This document shows, one piece after another, positions 18,406-29,083 of a stretch of DNA of 64,000 nucleotides (position 1 is the first letter of the stretch; each line of letters begins with the position of its first letter). The DNA comes from Candidatus Pacearchaeota archaeon (GTDB lineage: Archaea > Nanobdellota > Nanobdellia > Pacearchaeales > GW2011-AR1). The stretch lies in contig JAGVXG010000001.1 of NCBI GenBank assembly GCA_018303885.1, positions 11,746 to 75,745 of the forward strand, in the 5' to 3' direction. Both the position numbers and the translations under genes were made by a program. Below the pieces are notes generated by a model. It worked only from the letters and a program-made list of their open reading frames with translations. It was not told where the DNA came from and made no database searches.

Positions 18406-20002
18406 CGTACATTTCTTTCTCTTTCTTCATATTAAAATCTTGCCCTTTGCCTGTCGAAGCAATTACATCATCTATTCTTAAAATCATGTTGGCTACTTCG
18501 CTGGCAGAACTTATTGCCTGGCTTTTTATTTTTAATGGCTCAATGATTTGGGCTTCGAGCATGTTTTCTACTTTGTTCTTGAATAGATTTAGCCCTGCGT
18601 TTCTTTCCCCAGAATCATGTCTTGATTTTAACTCTGTGAGAATGTCTATTGGATCTAAACCAGCGTTTTCTGCGAGTGTTATTGGTATGAATTCTAAGGC
18701 AGAGGCAAATTCTTCTACTGCCAGTTGTTCTCTGCCGAAAAGTCCATTTGAAAATTCTCTTAACCTACGAGCCAGTTCTATTTCTACGGCTCCGCCGCCT
18801 GGAACTACAAGCTCTGACTGTAGCACACAAGATACATCGCCTAAACCATCTTTTATTGCCCTTTCAACCTCATCAATAACATGCTCTGTTCCGCCGTGAA
18901 TGAGGATTGTGAGTGCTTTTGGATTTTGACAGCCAGTAATGTAAGTCATCGAATCTGTTCCATGCTTTATTTCTTCAACTGTCTGCGCGTTTCCAGTTTC
19001 AAAAGGAGTAAGTTCATTTATATTGCTGACTATTTTCGCTCCTGTTGCCTTGGAGATTTTTTCCATGTCGCTTCTGGCAACACGCCTGCAAGCATAAGTC
19101 CCTTCTTTGGCAAGAAGGTACTGTGCAAAATCATCAATTCCTTTCTGGCAGAAGATGACATTGGCTCCAGAGATTTTTACTTTTTCCACCATTCCTTTGA
19201 TTTCCCTTTCTTCCTGCATCACAAAACCCTGGAGCTGTTCAGGAGAGGTAATTGAAATTTTTGTGTCAATTTCCGGATTTTTTAGTTCAAGAGGAAAATC
19301 AATAAGCGCAATCTTTGCATTAGAAACCAGAGTAGGCATGTCATGGGAAACCTTTTCTTTGTCAATTACGATACCTGAAATCAATTCTGTGTCTTTTATT
19401 CCGTTGCCTTTTGATTTTTCTATTTTTATGTCATTCAAGTCAATTTTTCCGTTGTTTTCAATTTGTCTAAGAGCCTGAACAATTATTTCTGCAAACCTTT
19501 CTTTTGCGTCTTCGGCACCTTTTCCAGTCATTGCTGTCATTGCAATCTGTTTTAAGATGTCGATATCATTAGGAGTTACTCTTAAGGAGATGTCTTTCAG
19601 GATTTCTTGTGATTTTTCAGATGCTAACCTGTAGCCCTTTGTGATAGTTGTTGGATGAATTTTTTTATCGAGAAGTTTTTCTGCATTTTCTAAAAGCTTT
19701 CCTGCTATCATCACTGCTGTCGTCGTGCCATCACCCACCTCGCTTTCCTGGGTTTTTGCAATCTCAACCATCATCTTTGCGGCAGGATGCTCTATCTGCA
19801 TTTCTTCAAGGATTGTGACCCCGTCATTTGTTATGGTAATGTCTCCTGTCGGAGAGACGAGCATTTTATCCATTCCTCTTGGACCGAGAGTGGTTTTTAC
19901 AATCTCTGCCACCATTCTCGCGACAAAAATATTATTTCTTTGGGCGTCTTTGCCAAGCAACCGATGCACATCTTCAGGCATTATACTTGATTTTTCTGAC
20001 AT
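18395..20002 (-). CDS. ths: Thermosome (group II chaperonin) subunit
   Basis: [25 protein letters not shown] and GGGAVE. Confidence 0.97.
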   Translation of the reverse strand: MSEKSSIMPEDVHRLLGKDAQRNNIFVARMVAEIVKTTLGPRGMDKMLVSPTGDITITNDGVTILEEMQIEHPAAKMMVEIAKTQESEVGDGTTTAVMIAGKLLENAEKLLDKKIHPTTITKGYRLASEKSQEILKDISLRVTPNDIDILKQIAMTAMTGKGAEDAKERFAEIIVQALRQIENNGKIDLNDIKIEKSKGNGIKDTELISGIVIDKEKVSHDMPTLVSNAKIALIDFPLELKNPEIDTKISITSPEQLQGFVMQEEREIKGMVEKVKISGANVIFCQKGIDDFAQYLLAKEGTYACRRVARSDMEKISKATGAKIVSNINELTPFETGNAQTVEEIKHGTDSMTYITGCQNPKALTILIHGGTEHVIDEVERAIKDGLGDVSCVLQSELVVPGGGAVEIELARRLREFSNGLFGREQLAVEEFASALEFIPITLAENAGLDPIDILTELKSRHDSGERNAGLNLFKNKVENMLEAQIIEPLKIKSQAISSASEVANMILRIDDVIASTGKGQDFNMKKEKEMYDEF

Positions 20003-20005
20003 TTT

Positions 20006-20308
20006 TTATCTAGTTAAAACGGAAAGTTTATTTACTCTATCTTCTAAAAAATCTGAGTTGTTTAATGAGTTAAGCGGGCATTTTATTTTTTTTATATTTG
20101 CTTCTGATAACCTATCTTTTAGCTCTTGTCCAATCGGAATTCCTGTTTCAAAATCATCTAATGCAATTAAAGTTAAACAATCATAATGAGCATTTTCCTT
20201 ATGTCCTTGAAGTATAATTACATCTTTTCTATCATTTCTAGTATAATCTAACCAATTAAGATAGAAAGGACATCTCGCTGTATTAGGACAATATTCTGAC
20301 ATAATCAT
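20006..20308 (-). CDS. Hypothetical Cys-containing protein
   Basis: CPNTARCP...C...CP; co-oriented upstream of the thermosome gene. Confidence 0.6.
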   Translation of the reverse strand: MIMSEYCPNTARCPFYLNWLDYTRNDRKDVIILQGHKENAHYDCLTLIALDDFETGIPIGQELKDRLSEANIKKIKCPLNSLNNSDFLEDRVNKLSVLTR

Positions 20309-20411
20309 AATCTTGAGGAGACTTATTTAAACATTATTGTAATGAAGTAAAAGTAGGAACTGTAGGAATCAGCCTCATAAAATTTATAAGTAACTGCTGC
20401 CTTAATTGTTT

Positions 20412-20972
20412 ATGAAAAACATCCTTGTCGCGGATGTTATGACGCGCGAACCGGTGACAGCGAGGTCTGACGAAACCCTCTTCAATTGTGCCAAAAAAAT
20501 GGTGCGTAGGAAGGTCGGCAGTTTGCTTCTTATTGACGGTAAAAAACTTGCCGGATTTATCAGCCAGAAAGATATTCTATGGGCATTGATAAAAAAATCC
20601 AATATTGACTTATCTAAAATCAAGGCAATTGACATTTCACCAAAGAAAATAGCGGTAATAAAACCCACTGCAACGGTTCAGGAAGCGATAGGAAAAATGC
20701 AAAAATTCCAGTTTGAAAGGCTTCCTGTTGTCGATAATGGCAATCTTGTTGGAATGGTAACTGTAAAAGATGTTCTAAGCTTTCACCCAAATATTTACCC
20801 TGAGCTTGAGGAATTCATCCAAATCAGGGAAGAACAGGAAAAACTGAAAAGAATAAAAAAGAAAGATCTTGCTGTAATTGAAGACGGCATCTGCGAGGAA
20901 TGCGGAAAAAGAGCATCGTTATATCGTGTTCACGGAATGCTAATCTGCGATTCATGCAGGAGTTCTATATAA
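20412..20972 (+). CDS. CBS-pair protein with C-terminal zinc ribbon
   Basis: VADVMT, LPVVD and GMVTVKD; CEECG...CDSC. Confidence 0.9.
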   Translation: MKNILVADVMTREPVTARSDETLFNCAKKMVRRKVGSLLLIDGKKLAGFISQKDILWALIKKSNIDLSKIKAIDISPKKIAVIKPTATVQEAIGKMQKFQFERLPVVDNGNLVGMVTVKDVLSFHPNIYPELEEFIQIREEQEKLKRIKKKDLAVIEDGICEECGKRASLYRVHGMLICDSCRSSI

Positions 20973-21018
20973 AAGTTAAATATTTAAACAAGATTTCTCT
21001 TTTATAAAAAGAATAAAA

Positions 21019-21525
21019 ATGGTTGAAAAGGAAACGATATTTTCAAGCAAAGTCAGTTATACTGGAATTTTTTCGTTTAAAGATTTCTACAAATTTTGCT
21101 ATGAATGGCTGAAAGATGAAACAGGAATGGACCCATTATCTGAGATTAAGTATGAGGAGAAGATAGTAGGGGAAATGAAGAATATTATTGTGAAATGGAA
21201 GGGTGAAAAAAAAGTTACAGACTATTTCAAGTTCGAGATGGAAGTGAATTTTAAGATAGAAAAACTGACTAATGTAGAAATAACGCAGGGCGGAGCAAAG
21301 GTTAGCACGAATAGCGGTAAGGTCGAGGTTGAAACTAAAGGAAACCTGGTTCGCGATTGGCAGGGAAAGTTTGAATTAACAGCATTTAAAAAATTTCTTA
21401 GAAGCATTTACGAAAAATGGGTTATTCCTGCGAGAGTCGAAGAATACAAGGGCAAACTAGCCGCAGATTGCGATGAGTTTCTAGCTCAGACAAAGGCGTA
21501 TCTTGATTTAGAAGGTAAGAAATAA
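21019..21525 (+). CDS. Hypothetical protein
   Basis: 168-aa ORF with its own TATA; no recognised motif. Confidence 0.75.
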   Translation: MVEKETIFSSKVSYTGIFSFKDFYKFCYEWLKDETGMDPLSEIKYEEKIVGEMKNIIVKWKGEKKVTDYFKFEMEVNFKIEKLTNVEITQGGAKVSTNSGKVEVETKGNLVRDWQGKFELTAFKKFLRSIYEKWVIPARVEEYKGKLAADCDEFLAQTKAYLDLEGKK

Positions 21526-21571
21526 ACGAACGTCCAGACTTGGCCATCCGAAGGGAAAAAAATAGATTTTG

Positions 21572-21853
21572 TTAAGTGTTACGATTTTTTCTTCCATGAA
21601 AAGGCAAAACTTTTTTATCATAATTTCTCTCGTAAATTGATGTTGAATGCAATGTTTGAGTAGATCCCATAGTATATGGGCTACAATCTAATCTTATGTA
21701 TCTAATCCCTTTATTGTCATAGCTTATTATTATCTTTGTTGAATTATGTGATTCATGTTCTCTTAAGAAAGGCTTAATATTTTTAAGAGTTAAATCTGAT
21801 TCAGGAATTTCCATAGCCTTGGCAATTGCTTTAAGCCTATCAATTAAATCCAT
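21572..21853 (-). CDS. Hypothetical protein
   Basis: 93-aa ORF with upstream TATA. Confidence 0.6.
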   Translation of the reverse strand: MDLIDRLKAIAKAMEIPESDLTLKNIKPFLREHESHNSTKIIISYDNKGIRYIRLDCSPYTMGSTQTLHSTSIYERNYDKKVLPFHGRKNRNT

Positions 21854-21951
21854 TTTGCTCTAGAGTGGCATCTGTTTATAATAATTTATATTTAATAACT
21901 GCAGAAAACAGCAACCGAAATCCTTAAATATAAATTCTTTCTGTTGTTTGT

Positions 21952-23349
21952 ATGAAAAAGATGTTTGTTTTGGTTTTTTTGTTTTTTGCTGGTATATTCC
22001 TAACTGTTTCATTGGTTTCTGCTATAAATCTCAAAGTTGAAAAAATAAGCAGTAGTGAGGCATGGGTTTCAGATCTTGACAAGCCTGTTGTTTTCGACTT
22101 AAAAATAACTAATCTCGGCTCCAGCGACAGTTTTAGTTTTTACAATCTTCTTGGTTTCAGAATGTTTCCTGTTGGAACAGTTCCGATATCTAATAGCGAA
22201 GTCAAAGAAGTAAGGGTTGAAGTTTTCCCTTTGTCAAAACTTCCTGACAGCGGATTTTATACATTTCCCTATTATATAAGAGGAAACGATGGCTCTGAAA
22301 TAAGCCAAAATTTAACATTCAAAATAATCGGCTTGGAAAATGCCTTTGAAGTTGGTTCTGCCGATGTCGATATAGAGGCTAATACCCTTGAAATATATCT
22401 CAAAAATAGGGAAAACTTTAATTTTGGAAATGTCGATGCGGTTTTTTCATCCCCCTTTTTTAATCTGGAAAAAAGCTTTACACTTGGCCCTTATGAAACA
22501 AAGAAGTTTGCAGTTCAGCTGAATAACGAGGATTTCAGAAGCCTGCTTGCCGGTTTTTACACGATGACGGCAGAAGTTACTGTTGACGGAGAAAAAGCAA
22601 AAGTTGAAGGCACTATAAAATTCGTCGAGAAAAACCTTGTTACAACGACAAAAAAGAATTTCGGACTTTTTGTGCATACTAGTGTAATTGAAAAGAAAAA
22701 TGAAGGAAACACAGTCGAGCGTTCTGAAACAGTCATAAAGAAGAATATTATCTCAAGACTTTTTACAACTTTCAGTCCTGAACCAGACCTCGTTGAAAGA
22801 GACGGCTGGGCAATATACTATACTTGGACAAGAGATGTTGGGCCTGGTGAAAATTATAACATCACTGTGAAAACCAACTGGCTTTTCCCATTCTTGATTA
22901 TTTTATTCTTAGTCATAGTTGTCGCCATTGTAAGACGTTATTCTGAATCAAGCCTGGTTCTAAAGAAAAAAGTTTCGTTTGTGAGCGCTAAAGGCGGTGA
23001 ATTTGCTCTCAAAGTTTCTATTCTTGTGAAGTCAAAGAGATACTTGGAAAGGGTTAATGTCATAGATAGGCTTCCTCCTTTGGTGAACATTTATGAGAGA
23101 TTTGGAGGAGACAGACCTTCGAGAGTAGATCAAAAAAACAGAAGGCTTGAATGGAATTTTGAAAAACTTTCTCCAGGGGAAACAAGAATTCTTAGTTATA
23201 TAATCTATTCCAAGGTTGGCGTTTTTGGAAAGTTTGCGCTGCCTACTGCAACAGGCATTTTTGAGAAAAACGGCGAGATTCATGAATCAGAATCTAACAG
23301 GGCATTTTTTGTTTCAGAACAAAGAGCGAAGCCGGAAGATGAACGATAA
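21952..23349 (+). CDS. Secreted/membrane protein with beta-sandwich domains on both sides of a TM
   Basis: Signal peptide, beta-rich region, TM (WLFPFLIILFLVIVVAIV), DUF11-like C-domain (VIDRLP...LSPGETRILSY). Confidence 0.8.
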   Translation: MKKMFVLVFLFFAGIFLTVSLVSAINLKVEKISSSEAWVSDLDKPVVFDLKITNLGSSDSFSFYNLLGFRMFPVGTVPISNSEVKEVRVEVFPLSKLPDSGFYTFPYYIRGNDGSEISQNLTFKIIGLENAFEVGSADVDIEANTLEIYLKNRENFNFGNVDAVFSSPFFNLEKSFTLGPYETKKFAVQLNNEDFRSLLAGFYTMTAEVTVDGEKAKVEGTIKFVEKNLVTTTKKNFGLFVHTSVIEKKNEGNTVERSETVIKKNIISRLFTTFSPEPDLVERDGWAIYYTWTRDVGPGENYNITVKTNWLFPFLIILFLVIVVAIVRRYSESSLVLKKKVSFVSAKGGEFALKVSILVKSKRYLERVNVIDRLPPLVNIYERFGGDRPSRVDQKNRRLEWNFEKLSPGETRILSYIIYSKVGVFGKFALPTATGIFEKNGEIHESESNRAFFVSEQRAKPEDER

Positions 23350-23383
23350 GAACTTTTAAAAGTAAATAATTCTTTAGCTGTTG

Positions 23384-23638
23384 ATGCCAAAGAAAAGAGT
23401 AAAGAAAGGTTCCAAGCGTGGAATAAAATATCATATAACGCATAAATCAAGATTGACTTCTCTTTTGGCAATTAAAATATTATTGGCTTTTTTATGTTTT
23501 GGCTTGGGAATAATTGCTTATTTTTTTATTAATGGTATTTTTAATCAGGTTATTTCGTTGATTTTATCATTTGTAGTTGCCATTGTGCTTTATTTGTTCT
23601 TATTTCTCAGGGTTTTGAATCAGTTTAAGTTCCAGTGA
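23384..23638 (+). CDS. Small membrane protein with basic N-terminus
   Basis: Two TM helices. Confidence 0.65.
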   Translation: MPKKRVKKGSKRGIKYHITHKSRLTSLLAIKILLAFLCFGLGIIAYFFINGIFNQVISLILSFVVAIVLYLFLFLRVLNQFKFQ

Positions 23639-23646
23639 TTTTAGAA

Positions 23647-23901
23647 TTAGACTAATAGCCTAAGGGGGACATTAACTTTACCTTTAGATTTTTCTTTTAA
23701 GTAGTTTACTATTGAAAGTTTTAGTGCTCTTAAATTAACGTCACTTCTATTTTCATATCTTGCATCAGCAAATTCATACCCATTTATGAAAGAGCCCAGT
23801 GCAGCCCCATAAAAATCTTCTCTAAAAGCTATAGGCAATGATTCCGCTAGTTGATCTAATTTCCTGATTAGGACATGGTCTTTTATTTCCATAGTCATCA
23901 T
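23647..23901 (-). CDS. Hypothetical protein
   Basis: 84-aa ORF. Confidence 0.55.
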   Translation of the reverse strand: MMTMEIKDHVLIRKLDQLAESLPIAFREDFYGAALGSFINGYEFADARYENRSDVNLRALKLSIVNYLKEKSKGKVNVPLRLLV

Positions 23902-23986
23902 TGAAGAACTTCTTTTTTAAACATTATTATACTTGGTTATACACTAATGACAAACCTTAAAAATCCCAATCCTGTTTTTAAATAAA

Positions 23987-24139
23987 CCCTCTGTAGCTTA
24001 GTGGTTAAAGCGCCTGGCTGTAGGTTTTACCTAAGGTGGAGATTCAATTATGATTACGATGAAGCCCCAAAAGCCAGCTCTTGAGTTTAAGAACGAAGCA
24101 GAACCCGGGAGATCCCCAGTTCGACTCTGGGCGGAGGGA
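23987..24139 (+). tRNA. tRNA-Tyr(GTA) with 80-nt intron (24024-24103)
   Basis: CCCTCTG/CGGAGGG-A acceptor (archaeal C1:G72, A73); CCTGG-CT-GTA; T-arm CCCAG-TTCGACT-CTGGG; BHB central helix CTGT/GCAG. Confidence 0.92.
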
Positions 24140-24185
24140 TTTTTCTTTTCAGAAGATTTATAAATAAAAAGACTACCCTCTTTTT

Positions 24186-24677
24186 ATGACATTATTTTAT
24201 CATGGAACAGATGTTGACTCTGCAATCGGAATAGCAAGAGATGGGGCAATTTTATCTCCTTGGGACGAAACAATTTTGAGATATAGGGGGCTTAGAATAG
24301 CACAAACAATGTCTTATCGCGAGCTTCAAAAACTTGCTTTAGAAGATGCTAGCCGACTTTATTCTGACCATGAATTAGAACACAGAGTTAAGTCTATTAG
24401 TTTAGATACTAGATTTTATATCGCTAAAGGTTACGCTTTAGGATATAAGGAAGAACATTTTCATGGTGGAGTTGTTTTAGGTTTTGAAATAGACGAAGAT
24501 TTTTTAAAAAGAATTTGCCTTATTTCATATAGTGGTCATATTCTTGGAGCTTACATCCCAAGAAGACTCAAACTTGATACACTGAAAGAAGTTCATCTAA
24601 CTCCCAAAGCGAAAGATTACAAAGAACAAATTGCTAAGGAATTTGAAGTATATGACCCGGATTTTTTTTATTTATAG
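24186..24677 (+). CDS. Putative ADP-ribosyltransferase-fold protein
   Basis: FYHGT...I..DG.ILS, SISL....A..YA and VVLGFEI pattern. Confidence 0.55.
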   Translation: MTLFYHGTDVDSAIGIARDGAILSPWDETILRYRGLRIAQTMSYRELQKLALEDASRLYSDHELEHRVKSISLDTRFYIAKGYALGYKEEHFHGGVVLGFEIDEDFLKRICLISYSGHILGAYIPRRLKLDTLKEVHLTPKAKDYKEQIAKEFEVYDPDFFYL

Positions 24678-24777
24678 CGCCTTTAATTTTTTTCATCACA
24701 GAAATCTTTAAGACTGATTCTAAAACATCTTCCGCAAACCAATAATACTTAAATATTGAGAAGGGCTTTTGGTTTGT

Positions 24778-25521
24778 ATGGAAAACCGCGAAAGACTTGT
24801 CATAGAAATTCTTCTTGGATTGATTCTCATAGTTCTTTTAGTATTGCTTGCCTTTCTTGTTGTTGGAATTTCAGGAGTTTCTAGTTATAAGCCAACACAG
24901 ACTCAAACTCCGACAGCAATAACAAACTCTTACAATACTAATTATAATACATATCAACAGCCAAGAACATATACAAGAACACAGCCAATTGTTAGATATA
25001 CAACCTCAAAGCCTTATTTTGTTGATGATAATTATAGATATACTAATCGTTATCGGGACGAAAATGCCCGCGTTTATTATTTAGATTCAGATTTTTATGA
25101 TGATGACAATGGCGATTTTTATGATTCTACATACAGAAAAACAAAAACTTCTACAAGATACATGGACTATGATGACTCTTCAAGACTTAGAAGATCAGAA
25201 GGGATTATTGGAAATGACGTCAATAATTATGAGGTTTATGTGAGAAATGAGGAATTTAAAGGAGGATATTTCGAGGTGACATTTTACTTTGAGGACTATT
25301 ACGGAGAAACTTCAAGAAGCTCTGAAACACGTTATATTCCGGCAAGAGAAGAGAAAAAATTCTTTTACAAAGACATTTCCCCTCAACGTTATAAATATCG
25401 TGATTGGTGGTACGATGTAAGGTCTCTATCAAAAGTCCCTGAAAAAACCTATTATGATGAGGGGGATTACTATGCAAGAGATTATGATGCTATGCCAATG
25501 AGAGTTTATTATTACAGATAA
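24778..25521 (+). CDS. Membrane-anchored Tyr/Thr/Asp-rich surface protein
   Basis: N-terminal TM, low-complexity TYNR region, C-terminal beta domain. Confidence 0.75.
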   Translation: MENRERLVIEILLGLILIVLLVLLAFLVVGISGVSSYKPTQTQTPTAITNSYNTNYNTYQQPRTYTRTQPIVRYTTSKPYFVDDNYRYTNRYRDENARVYYLDSDFYDDDNGDFYDSTYRKTKTSTRYMDYDDSSRLRRSEGIIGNDVNNYEVYVRNEEFKGGYFEVTFYFEDYYGETSRSSETRYIPAREEKKFFYKDISPQRYKYRDWWYDVRSLSKVPEKTYYDEGDYYARDYDAMPMRVYYYR

Positions 25522-25581
25522 TATCTAACACTCTTTTTAACATATAAATATTTAAAACTGATTTTTATTTAACCCAATAAC

Positions 25582-26007
25582 ATGCCAAGAAAAATTCTTA
25601 GAAGATTACATAATGCAGCATCTGGAAGACCGCATTTTGAGAGAGAGGATCTGAGCTTTGAGGAAACTCAAAAATTGCTTCAAAATCTTTCGGATAAAAA
25701 TTGCGTGAGAGGAAAAATTACATATTATCATCCAAACCCAACAAAGTTTCTTGAAAAATCTATAACTCCATCTAGAGCATATGACTTTATTTCTAAATAT
25801 TTTGGATCTTCACAAATATTCGTACATAAGGTTAAGTATGACTCTAAAGGAAGTCATGAGATTTATTTTGGAAGTAAAACTGAAATGCATTATATAGAAA
25901 TTTCAGCTGGAGCAATTCAATTAATAGACTACTCAAAAAAGATAAAAAGGCTGATAAGAAGAGGGTCAAAAAGAGCAAATCTCGAATTTTTAATAAAAAA
26001 TCCCTAA
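25582..26007 (+). CDS. Hypothetical basic protein
   Basis: 141-aa ORF with upstream TATA. Confidence 0.65.
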   Translation: MPRKILRRLHNAASGRPHFEREDLSFEETQKLLQNLSDKNCVRGKITYYHPNPTKFLEKSITPSRAYDFISKYFGSSQIFVHKVKYDSKGSHEIYFGSKTEMHYIEISAGAIQLIDYSKKIKRLIRRGSKRANLEFLIKNP

Positions 26008-26095
26008 TAAGTCCCCGTCGGTAAGCATATTCTTATCAATAGAAATGTTTAAAAACAAGATTTATTTAAGAAAAATATCAAAAGGGGTTGATTAA

Positions 26096-26185
26096 ATGGT
26101 GAAAAATTTTATTGTGGATCCTAAGGCTGAGGAAGAGGATACTTTTGAAGATGAGCTCGAAGATTTAGAGCTTGATGATTTTTAA
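26096..26185 (+). CDS. 29-aa acidic microprotein (not in ORF track)
   Basis: MVKNFIVDPKAEEEDTFEDELEDLELDDF*, with SD-like AGGGGT and TATA TTTAAAAA upstream. Confidence 0.55.
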   Translation: MVKNFIVDPKAEEEDTFEDELEDLELDDF

Positions 26186-27096
26186 CTTTTTACTTTAAGA
26201 CTAATTATATTATTTTCTTTTTTTAATTCTTCAGGATTGTAATCTATCGACAGTTTTATTTCGCTGACGCTTGTTTGAAGTACAAAAATATTCGTTAAGG
26301 TTATGAGCTTTCCAGAACCTATTGGCAACGCTTCTATTTCCAATTCTTTTACTGAATCCTCGTCTGCATAGACTATAATTTTTGCATTTTCAGAGTTTTT
26401 TAGGCCGTTGTTTCTTACAACCATTGAGATATCAAGATATCTTCCTTTCATAGAAGCAGAGGCGTTTTCAAAAGTCAAGTCTGGCAAGCTTGGAACTGAA
26501 TAAAGCTCATTTATCACGTTAATGCTATCTTGACCGATTTCCTGTCCGCATCTGCTTACTTCATACATGATGTTTTCTGGGTTTTTGGAATGATCAAATC
26601 CTAAGGCATGCAGTAGTTCATGTATTGCAATGTTTGGCCTTTCACAGCGTGAGTCGCGTAGAAGAATTATGCCCCCATTATGAATGACATTGAAATCTCC
26701 TGCCTGAGTGATGTTTGTCGGACCACCTTCTCCGGCAATGAAGAACTCTCCTTCAAATCTTGTTTTACTTTCGCACGTAATCAAAATTTCTTCATTGTTG
26801 CTTACAGAATAAAAATTTAAAACTGTTTTACTTTCAATTTCTTTGAAAGCGTTTTTCATCTCATCTGCTTTTTCCAAAGTGCAGTCTTCAATCCTGTATG
26901 AGATTCTTGACTCAGAATAACGCAAATTCTCATAGAACTGCATACTTTCTTCTGTAGAGGAATTTAAAGTGAAGTTAGAGTGCCCTGGTCCAAAAATCCT
27001 AAACTCGGTTTCACCTAAAGGAATAAACCAGTAAAAAACCAGCAAGGCAATTACAATTATGAAGAAAATTAAACTAAGAACAGTTTTCCATGTCAT
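26182..27096 (-). CDS. Matrixin-family zinc metalloprotease with CARDB-like domain
   Basis: HELLHALGFDH, Met-turn NIMY, LPDL...VRNNG...E..ENN; N-terminal TM. Confidence 0.9.
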   Translation of the reverse strand: MTWKTVLSLIFFIIVIALLVFYWFIPLGETEFRIFGPGHSNFTLNSSTEESMQFYENLRYSESRISYRIEDCTLEKADEMKNAFKEIESKTVLNFYSVSNNEEILITCESKTRFEGEFFIAGEGGPTNITQAGDFNVIHNGGIILLRDSRCERPNIAIHELLHALGFDHSKNPENIMYEVSRCGQEIGQDSINVINELYSVPSLPDLTFENASASMKGRYLDISMVVRNNGLKNSENAKIIVYADEDSVKELEIEALPIGSGKLITLTNIFVLQTSVSEIKLSIDYNPEELKKENNIISLKVKS

Positions 27097-27139
27097 GACT
27101 GAGAAACAGGAAAAGAATATATAAATTTTTTCTGTGCGT

Positions 27140-27433
27140 TTAAGTGGCTTTTGGTGGAGCTGGCCTGTAAACTAAAGCGGAAAGGGTATATGTTGTCGCA
27201 AAAGGAGATTTAATTTTGCTCGGTGAACTAATATCGCATATGTTCGTTGCTCTAAATTCTTGTACATATTTAACTAACCTATCTTCTGCTTCTTGAGCAG
27301 ATGTTCCAGAACCTTTGATCTCACGATATTCATAATTATCGGCAGAAGGTTTATCTAACTTTATCCCTAAATTTTTTAATCTTTCTTCTAATTTTTTGCT
27401 ACCGTGAGTTTTTGATTTCCTAAACCATCCCAT
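27140..27433 (-). CDS. Hypothetical protein
   Basis: 97 aa; weak YbjQ/dodecin-like pattern. Confidence 0.6.
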   Translation of the reverse strand: MGWFRKSKTHGSKKLEERLKNLGIKLDKPSADNYEYREIKGSGTSAQEAEDRLVKYVQEFRATNICDISSPSKIKSPFATTYTLSALVYRPAPPKAT

Positions 27434-27656
27434 CTGTAAAAAATATATTTTCTCTTTTTAAACATTGTTGTTCTTTAAAATTGTGTTTAAACATGCTTTG
27501 AAAATTGGGCATTTTAATTGAACAATTAAATATGCAATCTTTAGATAATTTAGATAAACTATTCCTTATATAGCAAATTTTTTGTATGATGTCTTATATC
27601 TTCTATACTCATCTTTTGATAAAGTTTTTAAACAGAACCAGCCACTCTGTCCTTGT

Positions 27657-27728
27657 GCCTCAATGGTCTAACGGCTATGACACTAGCCTGTCGCGCTGGT
27701 GATCCGGGTTCGACTCCCGGTTGGGGCG
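27657..27728 (+). tRNA. tRNA-Asp(GTC)
   Basis: GCCTCAA/TTGGGGC-G acceptor; CTAGC-CT-GTC-GC-GCTGG; CCGGG-TTCGACT-CCCGG. Confidence 0.95.
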
Positions 27729-27820
27729 TTTTTAGAAAATATCATCATTGTTATTTCTTGTCAAATCGTCTTTAATCCAATCACAATAATACTTATAAAA
27801 GAAATTCTTTATATCGAGTT

Positions 27821-29083
27821 ATGCCAAAAGTAAGAATTGTCAATGAACTTGTTTCTAGAGAAAGAATTCCGGCAGGAAGAAACTATGCTAAATTTGCAGC
27901 AGAGCAGATAAGACCTGTTAATAGGTATCTTTTGGAATGGCTTGCTAGACAATCTTTTGCTTCTTATTCCCCAGATCCAACCTATGGGGAAATTAAAATA
28001 GAGGGAAGTTCCAATTATCTCGGTTTAGATATGAAACCTTATCAAGATTGTGTTAGTTGGAGTTTACGATTTAATCATAAAGTAAAAGAACCTGAAAGGC
28101 GTAGACATTCTCTCGGACCACATATTTTAAGTGATGCACTATTGCATATTGACAGGTTACCTGATGTTTCTAGATACAATAGCGGTCCTAGATTTTTTTC
28201 AACTTTAGATTATATTGATGTAAGGGTGGAAAATGGAGAGCGGGGATGGGTAAAACAAGGAATATTTCCGGTAGGCCCTCATATAAAGGGAGAAGAAAAT
28301 TCCCAGATTCTAGCATTCACTGACACAAGAAGAAATGCTGAAGTAGGATTCAGGGCAGCAATAGACTGGGCAAAATTCAGGACAATGGCTATCGCATGTA
28401 GCTCTTACGCTCTTGATCTCTTGAAAAGGGAAAAAATAGAAACTTGGGAGGATGGAGAAGCCTTTAGATATAAAATGGAAAAAACAATTCCCCTCATGGT
28501 TCAACTATTCCCTGACACAAGAAAGAGAACAGGACCATCTTCTCTGAAGCCTTACTATGAACCAGGTATCCTTGAAACAACAGTTGCCTTTATGCTTGGT
28601 GAAGATATAGATCCTAATTTTGGACCAAGACGCAAAAGAAGATATCCTATACATTACACTGAAGGTTCACCCGTGGAAATTTTTCCGCGACCCGGGAAAA
28701 AGAATGAATATGATGCAGTACTCCCTTTCAGGATTGCTTTAATGAGCAGTGTTGAAGGTGAAGAGATAGGAGATGTTTTGGAGCGCCACCTTTCGAAACG
28801 TCTTCCTGATGACTTTAAGATTTCATTTAAAGGGAATTATATGTATGTAAGACTTCATGTTCCAGAAGCCCATAAAACAATAGTGGAGTTAAAAGAAAAC
28901 AAAAAAACTGAACTTCAACATAGAATAGGGGATCTTTCGCAAGTTCTTCATGAGATAGATTATCTTAGAAGGGTTTGGGAAGAAGATCAAATGCCTGCCA
29001 TTAGAAAAGGATATCAAGGGATGGTAGATGCAGCAAGACAGGAACATTTTGGAAAAATAAGAGCTCTGAGAATTAATCTATAA
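27821..29083 (+). CDS. Hypothetical protein
   Basis: 420-aa ORF directly downstream of tRNA-Asp; no recognised motif. Confidence 0.8.
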   Translation: MPKVRIVNELVSRERIPAGRNYAKFAAEQIRPVNRYLLEWLARQSFASYSPDPTYGEIKIEGSSNYLGLDMKPYQDCVSWSLRFNHKVKEPERRRHSLGPHILSDALLHIDRLPDVSRYNSGPRFFSTLDYIDVRVENGERGWVKQGIFPVGPHIKGEENSQILAFTDTRRNAEVGFRAAIDWAKFRTMAIACSSYALDLLKREKIETWEDGEAFRYKMEKTIPLMVQLFPDTRKRTGPSSLKPYYEPGILETTVAFMLGEDIDPNFGPRRKRRYPIHYTEGSPVEIFPRPGKKNEYDAVLPFRIALMSSVEGEEIGDVLERHLSKRLPDDFKISFKGNYMYVRLHVPEAHKTIVELKENKKTELQHRIGDLSQVLHEIDYLRRVWEEDQMPAIRKGYQGMVDAARQEHFGKIRALRINL

